Shown here piece by piece: positions 12,935 to 24,407 of a DNA stretch of 64,000 bases. Every line of letters starts with the position of its first letter. Position 1 is the first letter of the stretch. Origin of the DNA: Azolla caroliniana (lineage: Eukaryota > Plantae > Polypodiophyta); the NCBI GenBank assembly GCA_043228905.1, contig JBHGNT010000006.1:15562001-15626000 (forward strand). Reading direction: 5' to 3'. Made by a program: the position numbers and the translations under genes. The notes beneath the pieces were generated by a model. That model did no database searches. It was not told where the DNA came from and saw only the letters and a list, made by a program, of their open reading frames with translations.

Positions 12935-15850
12935 CTACTTCGACTGGATCTGGTACCGTGTGGGCGTCCATGGGATGTCTGTTGGCCGGGGCAAGTTCCT
13001 CCTGTGCCGTGTCCGTGATCTCCTTGCTGGAAGGTTCTTCCTTCTACTTTGTGGCCGTTGGAGGGCTGGTTGGGATGGCTGCGAGTCGTTCTCGTTCGAA
13101 GGCTTCTGCTTCCAGGCGAAACAACATCTGACCGTCATTGAAGTCCTCCATTATTTGCTCAATTGCCGCGGTGTGAGATTTTGCCAAGGACTGGTAATCC
13201 TCGGTTAAATCTGCACGCAGGTTTTGTATGCTGGCTTCGTCCATTTTGTAGAAGCCGCGGCCCTCCTTCCGTCGGTTCTCGGCGTCGGTGCGTAAAATAT
13301 GCAATTCGGCAGCTTGGGCTGCCCATTCGTCTCCTGCACGACTTAATGTTTCCTCGACCTTTTTGGTAAGGTGTTGGCGCTGTTTCTCGATCAGTATTCT
13401 GATGCATGTCTCATCCATGCTGGGCTGTGCTCGGATGGCTGCTAATTCCTGTTGTAAGCCGTCGACCTCGGCCTAAAGCTTCTTTGCTCGTAGTTCATAG
13501 ATGGCTTGAGTGTTCTTTGCTTCTGCGGTTACAAGCTGGATAGCCTGCTCGTAACGCTTGGTGAGTTCTTCGGTGGCTTGCTCCCATTCTTTTTGACACG
13601 TGGCCCGGACTTGTTCCCATTCGACAATTTTCTCTTCTTGTAGGGCGAAGTAGGAATCCGATAATTCGTCTTTTTGCTCCGAAAGTAGCTTGCATTTGAT
13701 GAAAAACTCGTCAGCCATTTCTTTAAGGGTCGTACGCTGACTCTGCAGCTCGGCATTCTCTGCGATCATTCTCTCCTCCCGTTAGCGATTTCTTTCCTCC
13801 TGCCGATGGTTCCAGTCTTTCGCATTGTTGAGCGCGGCCTGTAGGTCTAGGACCTCCTTCTCTTTCTTTGCCACTGTGGCTGCGTATTCCTCCAGCTTGC
13901 TTTTGAGTTCGGCTTCTTTGCCCGCGGCTTGCGCTTGTACCCAGCCCAGTGCTTCGTTCTGCTCGTGTATCCTTTGGTCGGCCTGGGCTCTAATCTCGGC
14001 CATCTGCTTGGAAGCTTCTTCTTTTAGGCGAGCCATCGCCTCCTGATGCCGTTGTTGGTGTCTCTCGGTTCGCCGTTGTTCTTCTTTAAGCTCCGCGCGG
14101 TAATCCCGGAGCGGGGGTTCTGTCTGGGTTGCCACCTCCTTGGGTGCACGAGGGGGTGGTATCTCGGTCTTCTCCATGGGCATGGCCGCCTCGGTTGTTG
14201 TGCAGGCATCGACCATTTGTAACGAGTCCGTTTGTGTACTGGCCTGCATCGTCAGGATTGAATCTGTGACGGTGCTTTCATCCATCATTGTTATGCGTGG
14301 AGGGGCTTGGAGGGCCTCGGTGGTCGTGGCCGGAAGGCTCAAGAGTTGTTGTTCCGGCCGGTTTTGCTCCCAGGCTATCAGCTTCTGTTTCGCAGCGTGC
14401 CATAATTCTGTAGCCATCTTAGCCTGTTTTTGGGCTATTTTTATCTTCCGGGCCATGTCTTTGGCTGCCCGCGTAGTGCAATCCAAGTCCCTATATGCCT
14501 CGATAAGGGTCGTGTTCAACTCGGGGACCTCCATGAGGAGAGCGGCCTATTTTGCCTACTTCTTTCTCCCGATTTTTTGTAAAGCCCTGTCCTCCTGGGG
14601 CTCAATTTCACCTATTAGCGCACGTTGAATCATTTTTGTTTCGGCATGCGCTTCCGCCATTCGAGCGGCTGCCACGACTTGGGCTCTAGCGAGGAAGTTG
14701 ACCAGCTCGAATGTCGTACCGAGGCGTAGGAGCGCACTAAATTCATAAGCCTTCGCGGAGAGGTCCTTATACCCGAGGACTTCATCCTCCGAGATCTGCG
14801 TTGTCTGTCCATGCTCGATCTTTCCCTGGTTCAGCGATGCCTCCTCAGGGATGATGGCCAGGTTGCTTTGTCTCACAACTAAGGCTTGCTCCTGTTGTGG
14901 CTCTTTCTGTTCTTCCGAGGACTCGCGGTTGAGTCGTCTTCTCTTGCTCGGCTGTGTTTGGGGTTCCAGGGCCGGTAGTGTCGTTTCCTCCGCCTGCTTC
15001 CTTTTCTGGGGTCGTGATGGTGCAACCTGCTGTGTGTTAGGGCGTGGGCTAGGCCTGGGGAAGTTACCGAGGGGCGTGACGTTGGCTGTCGAATGGTGAC
15101 ATCATCTGCTGTGTTATCCTCCGTGGCTACCTCTGCCTCCCATTCTTGGCAGGTCTCGGAAACTGCCCTTTTTTTGGGGGGTTGGGTGGGTGGTGGTGCA
15201 GATGCGGGGTTTTGGTCGGCGGTAGGAGGTGGAGGCGATGTGGGCTCCTCCCATGCTTCGTGGCTGATGGCAACAAATTTCTCTTTCTGCCTTTGTGGTG
15301 GTAGTGGGGACGTGAGTGTGCGAGGGGAAGGAAGAGAAGAGGGTGGGTATAGAACCATCAAAAAGTGGGTAAGAACAGACAACATCTTCTTACCGGACTG
15401 AAATGAAGCTAAGGCGGCGCGGAGTCCTTCGCCTGTGATGATTCCCCAATCGATTCTATTTCCTTCATACGCCCTGATGATGATGGTTTCTTTGTTTTGC
15501 GGCACGCTCGTTGGGTTCGTATGCACGAACGCATATTCCATTAATATATGAGCAATCTCCCTGAAAGCTCTGTTGGGACCGCCATACGTGCGATATGCTT
15601 TCCCTGAGGCTGAGTACTCACCGAAGTACACTTTCATCTTCGATGCCAGGGGTAGGTCGACCTCATGGTCCCCTCCCCGTTGCAGGTCCAAAACAACCCG
15701 AAGCACGTTGTTGGTGATGGCTTCGGGACAAATACGTTTGGCCACACCTTGGGCATCTAGGTGCGCGGGGGCATCGATGATCTTCAGGTAACCACCCATT
15801 CCTCGTTCCTGGAGCCAGGCGCGGGTTTCTATTGAAGCGGTAAGAGGCAT
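12935..15850 (-). pseudogene. Extra ORF of the gypsy element: long coiled-coil protein broken by frameshifts and stops
   Basis: Consecutive minus ORFs 14879-15850, 14556-14876, 13782-14534, 13473-13769 and 13044-13418 with E/Q/K/A-rich heptad character, downstream of integrase. Confidence 0.75.
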
Positions 15851-16299
15851 GGTGGAGATGGAGAAGGGGTTTGACTATGTGGAAACGTGAAGAAGAGTGA
15901 TGAGGCGAGGGCGAGACAGAGGAGGAACAACAGGAAGGGGAAGTTCAGTAGAGGAGTTATGAGAGCGAAAGAGGGCTTGAGAGCAAGAGCGTTTATAGCG
16001 ATGAGAGCAAGACGGGGTTTCTGAGCTTGAGAGCGATGGAGATTGAGAGTGATAATGAACTTCTGCGTCTGTGCTACGTTTTGGAAACGGTTTTAGTAAC
16101 TTACTCCTAGGGTTTTGTGCCTGAAGCGAATCCTGAAGATTCTGAGTCGTGGGTGTCATAATAAGTGACTAACACCACGTGTCCTGAAGCTAAGTGGGGT
16201 GCTTCTAGTGCTTTGCATGTGCTTAAATAGGTACTAAATGAGTGGTGGCGAGGGGTGCTCCTAAATTTGTGGGTGCCTAGGTGGGTGGTGTAGTTGTAG

Positions 16300-19200
16300 C
16301 TAATCGGTGGCTAAACTATGGTTAATCCTACCCACTACTACTTTTATTAATTTCAAGAAGGTGGGTGAGTCCTTATTCAGGGGGACATGTGGCCTCCTCC
16401 GTGGTGGTTTCCCGAAACGGGTTGGGTGGTGTAGTGCCTCGATATGGTCGAAGTCGGAACCCATTGGCCTAGCTTTTGACAGTGTCGCCAGCGAGTGTGC
16501 CGAGTTGGAACGTCCCGTTGAACTCGTCAATAATCCAGAATGGACCGGTCCACCGAAATCTTAATTTTCCCGGCATAGACCTGAGTCGCGTTTGAAAAAG
16601 AAGAACCGGTTTGCCAATGGTGAGCTCCTTTTCCAGCCCGTGTCGATGTCGATCCACGAAAGCCTTGCGTTGCCGTTGGCGTTGTTCGAGCTAGGCCATA
16701 CTCTCTATCCTATGTTCGCCGAGTTCGAGGAGTTGTTCCAGCTGGTATTGCTTAGATAGGGCCTCGGGGAGCCGTGCTGTGATTTGAACTCGGAGGCTCG
16801 GGACTTGGAACTCGACGGGCATTACGGCTTCTAACCCGAACGCCATTCAAAAGGGGGTTGATTGGATGCTTTTTTTGAAAGTCGTACGATACGCCCACAA
16901 CGTGCTCTGGAGTTTGTCGTCCCAATTGGTCCTATTTTCATTGACGATTTTCTTCAGTATGGTTTGGAGGATTTTATTGGTCAATTCCGCCAAGCCGTTT
17001 GCCTGCGGGTAGTATGGTGTGTTTTTCTTGTGCACCACCGCGTAGTGGTGTGTAAGCTCACGTATTATATGATTGATGAAGTGCCCACCTTGATCACTAA
17101 CGAGCTCGATTGGGCATCCGTAACGGCACCAGAGGTGCTCGTACACAAATTTAGCCGTGGATGCCGCCGTGTTGTCTCGGAGTGCCTTAGCCTCAACCCA
17201 TTTGGTGCAGTAATCCATGGCAACGATAATATACCTATTCCTTGTACGGGCCGCGGGTGGTTTGAAAGGGCCTACAAAATCCAAACCCCATTTTTGAAAT
17301 GGGTCCAACAGAAGAATCGGCTGGTGTGGCATCTGTGATTGTTCCATTGGTTGCCCCAGTCGTTGGCACAAATCGCACTGTCGGCAAAACTCATGAGCAT
17401 CTTTCTTCGTTGTCAGCCACCACAATCCACTTTGCCAAACTTTCCTTGCCGTGGAATCCCCGGCGTAGTGCCCCCCAGCTACTCCCTGGTGGGCTTCCTG
17501 AAGAACGACGTTCTTCTCGAATTGCCGAATCGCTCGGCGCCATATGCCGTCAGAGCCTTTGTGGTAGAGAATGTCCGAGACGAGGCAAAAATTCCGGCTA
17601 CGCACTGCTAGGCGTTTTCTCGTGTCAAGGGGCATGTGCTCGGGAGGTACACCGATAGTGAGAAAATGGGTCATCTCCGTGATCCATTCATCTCCGTTAT
17701 CGTCTAGTATCGTGGTCAGGTTAAATAGGCTGGCGTCCGGTAGCTCGTCGTACGTTGTTTTCGCCGGTTCCCCTGACTCAAGACGGCTGAAGTAGTCGGC
17801 GACGGCATGTTGTACCCCGGGTCGATGCTGAATCTGGAAATCAAACTCTTGTAGTAGGAGCATCCACCGAGCCAACCGTCTGGTGAGGGCTTGTTTATTG
17901 ACCAAATAAAGAAGGGTCGAGTGATCCACGTGAAAGGTAAATTTTCGGCCCAAGAGGTAATGCCAAAATTTAGTGATGCTATAAATCATACCGAGGGCCT
18001 CCTGCTCGGTGGTGGAGTAATTCTTTTCCGCGGTCGAGAGCCGTCGGCTGAAGTAGTACACGGGCCTATACCAATTCGGGGGTGTGCATTGCATCAAGGC
18101 ACTTCCAATGGCGATGTCTGAAGCATCTACGAAGACATGAAACGGTTCGGACCAAACCGGAGACTGGACCACCGGAGCATGTGACAACATTCGTTTCAGG
18201 GTCTGATAGGCCGTGTCCTCGATTGACGTCCATTAGAAGGGTGTAAAGGTGTCGCGAAATCGGCCAGGTGTCATATCATTCGGCTGTGCCACCGGATCTG
18301 TCCCAAAAAACGACTTAGTGCCTTAGCGTTCGAGGGTGCGGTGGCGGTCAGGATTGCCTTTACTTTATCCAAGTCCATAGCAATGCCTTCTTGACTGACA
18401 ATGTGGCCGAGAAGGTTGCCGCTGGTGACTAAGAACGCGCATTTCGCCGGGTTTAAACTCAATCGAGCTTGGCGACATCGGTCCAAGCAGAGTCGTAACT
18501 GGGTCATGTGTTCCCGTCGATGGCCATACACGGCGAAATCGTCGAGAAATACTTGCATGAACGCCGGGATGTAGTCATGAAAGATTTCGGTGATGATGTG
18601 CTGGAACGTAGCCGGCGCCGTTTTTAGACCGAACATCATTACTTCTGCTACAAAAACACCCCATTTCGTGACGAAAGCGGTTTTCTCCTGATCCTCCGGG
18701 TGCATTCTTATCTGGTTATAGCCGTTGAACCCGTCGAGGAAACTGTAGCATTCGTGGCCGGCTACCGTGTTGAGGACGTAGTCCGTGAATGGGAGAGGGA
18801 AACCGTCGGTGACTGTTGCCGCGTTAAGCTTCCGATAGTCGACGCAGACGCGGATTTTTCCGTTCTTCTTTGGGACCACTACGATCGGGCTCAACCACGT
18901 GGCCCGTTTAACAGGGCGAATGAAGCCCACTCGGAGTAGTTTGTCAATTTCCTCTTTGACTTTAGTGGCGTAGTTGGGGTTCATCCTGTAGCGCCTCTGC
19001 TGAACCGGCCGAGTGTCGGGTAAGATGTGAATTTGATGTCAGTAGTATTGAGGATCCAGCCCCTTCATATCGGTGTAAGTCCAAGCGAAAACATCCTGGT
19101 AGTCGGTGAGCAATTTTACGAGGCATGCCCGTTCTCCGGTTGGTAGATTATTGGCAATTTGTAACGTATGGGGATTCTCGTCCGAACCGAGGTTTATTGT

Positions 19201-21600
19201 TTCTAGGGTTGATGCTTTCACTCGTTGTGAAATGGCGAGTTCGCGTTCGAAAGCCTCCCAAGCATGACGTACCTCGGCAACTGTGGTTGGATCTGGTTCA
19301 TCTTGGGGTGGTGACTCCTCCGTGACTTCCTCGTCTTTAGATGGCTCGATGGTTGGTAAGGCATTGATTTCGAAGAGAAGGATGATCGTGGGATGATCAT
19401 CTAGGAAGTCATCGACCTCCTCATCGGCAAAACTGTCAAGCATATGGACCCCTTTCGCGTATAACGGCGAAGTGTTGAGGGCGACGGGGACTCGTTCTTC
19501 AGTGATGATTCGGACTTTTGTCTTGCCTCTTCGGAACGAGATCATGTTGCGTTGCCAATGTTGCTTGATATTCGCTGTACACAACCATGGTCGACCTAGT
19601 AACATTGGGTAGGCGCCTTGTGTCTCCAGTCTTAGCACGACGGTCGAGATCGTGAACATGTGGCCTCTGAGTGTGAAGTCGAGATGGCGGATTAAACCAA
19701 TGGGGCGAATGGAGCGGGTGTCGGCCATCCGAAGCCAAAAGGGGCATGGTTCCCATTGATTCAGGCCGAGGTTGAGACACGTTGACTCGCTAATAACGTT
19801 TACGCCGGATCCGCCGTCGATGATGCATCCATGCAAGTCTTGTCCCTTAATGATGATTCGCACGGCTGGGTTCTGAGAATCCATGAGTGGTGGACCGGTT
19901 CCTGCTTCGGTGAGGTGTACCGGTGGCGTCACGGGCTTAGTATTGGCTTGGAGTGCCACCAGGGTGTCCCAAAATCTTGGCATGAGTGGTAACAGTTTAT
20001 GTAGGAGCAGCGAGATGCGGGAGTTGGTAAGAACATCCCATAGTTGGTTGTCCTCCGACGACGTGGATGGTGCCGAGGTTTGTGGTACTTCACTGGGCCC
20101 GTCTCTCATGTCAGTTTGCATGCGTACGACATTATTTTTATTGGCCGTGTCGATCCATTCTTTTGCTGCCTGACGTACTTCATCCTGGATTTGCCACTGA
20201 GTAGTCTGCGCTTTACTCCGGGTAGTGACCGTTTGAACATCGGCCATGATACTGTTCACCGAGAGTGCCTTGCCACGGTTGGTTGTTGGACATTGCGTGG
20301 CATAGTGGCCTGGTTGGTTACATTTAAAACATGTAACGTTGGCCGAGCTGTTGGTGTCCGCTCGGTCTGTGTGTGGAAGCTGTTGTTGTTGATTCTCTGT
20401 CTCGTTTGGTGGTGGGTTGTTCCGAGGTGCGTTGGAGTTGCGCTGGTCATTTTGAGGAGCGTCCTGTCGGCGGTTGTCGTTAGGTCTTCTATTGTTGCGT
20501 GTGTTGCGGTTGCCGTTTCGCCGATCAATGCGGGAGTTCCGTCGATCATACCGTTCGTCGCGATCGTCATCATATCGAGCATAATCGTCGTGTCGGTCAT
20601 CGCAATAATAATCACGGTGGTCATCACGTCGGTAGTCGTCGTCTCGACGCCGTCGATCTGGGGATCGCGGTCGGTCGTTATCCTGGTTTCGGTAGACATA
20701 TCGCTCGTCCTGCCGAGTGTATGTATTTCGTGGCTCGATCTGGTGGACCGGTGCCGCCATAGTGCAGTTCATCATATTATATTCGCACTGCTCAACAGTG
20801 TGACCTCGAGACTGACAGATAAGACACTGTGGTCGGTGGGGACATTCGAGGGCTAGGTGCCCTGATCCTGAACACGCCGTGCATTGGAGGGCTTGGCGAA
20901 AGTGATTGTCCTCTTGGGGAAGAGCGTTTTGCAAGGATGTCATCGACAAGGCTGCGTCGTGCTGGGTCCGATCGAGGGCGAGAACCCACGCTATGACTTG
21001 TTCGATAGTATGGTTGGCGAAATTTGTAAGTGCGAGAGTCGTTCGGAGAGGCTCTCGTAAACTGGATAGGAAAGTGTCCGGTATATGTTGGCCGAGACAT
21101 CATCGGCCACTTTTCTGTAGAGGTCCTGGAACCGGATCGTGAACTACGCGACCGTTTCGTGCGGTTCCTCGCATATAGAGAAGAATTGCCGGAGCAGTTC
21201 CCGTTTAGGCACCTCGCGATGAAAAAGTTCAAGGAACTTTGTGCGCACGATTTGGAAAGTGGTGGCCTCTCCTATTTCGAGGCGAGAGTACCATCGTGCG
21301 GCCGGTCCATCGAGGGAGAGTGTGAACTCGGCAATCTTTGAGGCATCGATCTCGGTTGGCGTGAGGCGGTGCGTTGAGTGGTTGGCCTGCCACGTGGATA
21401 TGAAGGCAAGGATGTGTGACTCCGCATCTGGTCCATCGGTGTATCGTGGGTATGGGTACGGCATGATGTCATACTCTGGGTCTTCTGGTAGCACCGGAAA
21501 AGGGTTTGGTTCCGGTTGATTGACCTACGGAGGGCTCGACGGGGGTTTTGGTGGTGGATCAACTCGCGATCGAGTGTCTGGTGGCAAGGATTGCACTAGG
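16300..21600 (-). pseudogene. gag-pol of the gypsy element (few disablements)
   Basis: Zinc knuckles (CFKCNQPGHYATQC), protease IIDGGSG, RT WLSPIVVVPKKNGKIRVCVDYRKLN and VFLDDF, RNase H VDASD, integrase HHCC and WGLDFVGP, GPF motif WTGPF; no chromodomain. Confidence 0.92.
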
Positions 21601-21769
21601 GAAGCCTCCGATTGCTCGGGAAAGGATTGGTCAGTGACCGCCGAGTCGGAAGTTCCTTCGACTGGCTCAGGGCGTCGGGCGGGTGGCCGAGACCTCGTGG
21701 TGCGAGAGGGTGCCGTAACGGCGGCTGGTGGTTACCTTCAACGAACTTCGCTGTGCACTCACAGCTGTA

Positions 21770-21782
21770 ACCGGGCGTGCCA
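21770..21782 (-). other. Canonical 5' PBS, tRNA-Arg(UCU)-type
   Basis: rc TGGCACGCCCGGT five nt inside the 5' LTR; tRNA identity from recall. Confidence 0.8.
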
Positions 21783-22249
21783 AATTGTGTTACCTGTTCC
21801 CTTGGGTGAACACCTTCGATAGATCTGCGGCTATCTGTATTCAAGGGCGTGGTACGTGAAGGCTCGTAACAGAGGCGTCGAGGGAGAGACAATGCTCAGA
21901 GAGAAAACATAACGAGATCTTGACAGGCGTGGGCGGCGCTCAAATCATAGGTATGAATCAAAGCACAGACACATGGAGCAAACTGGGCACAATTCAGATA
22001 TATTACTACGACAGAAGAGATTACAGAACACGGCCTACGGCCGGTGACCTTACAAGATTAGCTAGTTACGAGGGACTCAGCTAGTGCTTCCGCCTATATT
22101 TTGCTTCTCCCCCCTCCTCTGAGGTACTGGTCCTCGTTTAAATAACTTTTCCCCTAATACACAGCCGAGCCGTCGGTGGCCCGTGATACTCGGACTCGGC
22201 GTTTGCTAATTTCCTAATTTTACATTTCTGTCCTCTGGACAACATACGT

Positions 22250-22420
22250 AAGGCTTTTCCTTGTGTGCTCGCTTGTGTGTCTTGTGATTAGGGATTGTTT
22301 CAAGGTTGCCTATGTGCCTCTCCTTTCACAAACACATTAGAAATTTTGTACCTTGTGTGTATTTTGTCTTGTGACTGGGGTTGATTTGGGCTTGCCCATG
22401 CACCTCTCCTTTCACAAAAT
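22250..22420. repeat. Continuation of the ~104-bp tandem array beyond the gypsy insertion
   Basis: Diverged units with GCCTATGTGCCTCTCCTTTCACAAA and GCCCATGCACCTCTCCTTTCACAAA. Confidence 0.8.
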
Positions 22421-22715
22421 GATCGAGCAATCATGTTGTGCGTGTGAGCCCTAATTCCTTCAAGTCCATAACCCTGGTGGTTCCACCTCACGATTCACAC
22501 ATAGTGACAAATTTTCGTCACAACGTGGTGTTTGTATGAATTGGCTAAGCCTATGGTGATGGCTTTAGATGCCAAGCCTATGGTGCTGGGTTGAGACTGT
22601 AGAGAGGCTTTTTGAGTCAGCATACCGCATGTGGGTACGTAAAAGAATACGTGTGGAAGCTTGTGTGACACACACAATGCATAGTCGATTATCTGGAATA
22701 GTAATGTTCAACATT

Positions 22716-23314
22716 TAGGTAAACATAGAGAATGGAGATACACAGTATGAAAGAGAAAGACAGAGAGAGTTGATAACAAAACTTGTTTTAAAAAATAATA
22801 ACACTCTGTACAATGTGCTAAGTGGGCACCCTTTATACAAGTCCTCAAAAGTAGTGACAAGTACTTCAATGCTCATAAATGAGATATTGACACTAACACC
22901 CAAAAATATTCCTATGAAGAATATTGGTCTCAAAGATCTACCAGCTCCCCGCCGATCCGGCCTAGCCAATTGGTCTCCATCCAATCCGGCTCCTGACTTC
23001 TTTAGCCGATCCGGGCCTAACTGACTAGTTTCGACTTCTTCAGTCGATCCGGCCCAAGTTGATCTTGCTCGTTCAACACTCCCCGGTTCTTCATTAGCTC
23101 ATGTTGACTCACCGCTCCAGCATCTCCTGGCTTCTCGCCTCCTAGCTCGCGCTCCTCAACCTATCCAGTCCAACGCTCTTGGACTTGCTCTGTCAGTTTG
23201 TCTATTGCTAAGGCCTTCATCGGCGTTCTCCTTGCCTCTACGACTTCAGTGCCCTTTGATCCGACGACTCTCCTACCTTGGCATCGTCTTCAGCTACCTT
23301 CTCATCCATCTAGT
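22716..23314 (-). mobile_element. 3' LTR (~22716-23078) and 3' region of a copia element; continues at 39364-39900 after the nested insertion
   Basis: LTR edge GTTCAACA then CTCCCC (rc PPT); resembles LTRs at 39909-40279 and ~47480-47818; RNase H end (DIFTKPL-like) near 39850. Confidence 0.6.
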
Positions 23315-23580
23315 TGTAGAGAACTACGCGGAATGTTGCTCGGCCACATCCGAGCCTTGAACACAGAAATGGGAATGAGTATGAGAGTATACAAGAAAAT
23401 GATACACAGGATGTTTACATGGAAAACCCTAATAGGGAAAAACCACGAGATCCCACAGACTCTGAACTATCACTATGAAGAGAGGAAATACAAAATGCAG
23501 GCACAGAGGCAACGACCTCGTCCTCGCGATCTTCGCCAAGCGACTGTTACAACAGAGAGTGCTCGTAGATACTCTCACGT

Positions 23581-23631
<51 letters not shown>

Positions 23632-24407
23632 AACAGTTAAGCAATATGACAACAACTCAAAACCCCCACATCTAAAGTGATTGCCCTAAGTCATATTTAT
23701 AGTTATATGAACTTAGGGCTATTTACAAATATAGCCTCAATGGGCTTATTCAAGACATATTTACAAATCTGTCTTCTCTTCCGGTTCTCACCGGTTCTCC
23801 TCCATTCATACCCAGATCCCATCCGGAGGGACCAATTTCCCAACAATTTCCCCCTTCACTCCGGCATGGGATGTCTCGCAAGCCTGATCTGCTTTCGGCA
23901 CGCGTCCAACTTGTCGGTTATCAACACCTTGGTTAGCATATCTGACCCATTCTCCTTCATATGGATTTCGTTAGCATGAACTCTTGATCTTCTAGTCTCT
24001 CTCGGATCCACTGGTACCTCCATTGGAAATGTTTCGTTCGGGAATGGTAGGCCGTGTTCTTTGCAAGGTGGATGGCACTTTGATTGTAGCAGTAGAGCCG
24101 TATTCCTCCTATTGGACCCCTAGCTCTCCGAGTAAGTTCTTCATCCAGATTATCTCCTTGCCGGCTTCTACAACTACCATGTACTCCGCCTCCGTGGTTG
24201 ACAATGCAACCGTCTTCTGCAGCCTTGACTACCATGATACAACTCCCCTTGCATAAGTCATTACGTATCCGGATGTAGACCGGTTGGTATCCGCATTAGC
24301 TAACATATCCAAATCCGTGAATCTATCAAGTCGGGGATTACCGGAACCAAACCGGAGGAACATACTCGAGGTTCCTTTCAAGTACCGGAGTATCCACTTC
24401 ACCGCGT

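Larger units (their letters stand above)
11928..22244 (-). mobile_element. Full-length non-chromovirus Ty3/gypsy element (Athila/Tat-related) with extra 3' ORF and two inward-facing PBSs
   Basis: Highly similar LTRs 11928-12385 and 21788-22244 (TG...CA), perfect TSD TACGT, gag-PR-RT-RH-INT order on the minus strand. Confidence 0.95.

Noticed and set aside
12935-15850. Retroviral envelope gene
   Set aside because: No signal peptide or clear transmembrane helix visible; reported as an extra ORF of unknown function instead
16862-21822. Long plus-strand ORFs such as 20044-20856 and 16862-17338
   Set aside because: Antisense shadows of the GC-rich gag-pol with no recognisable motifs
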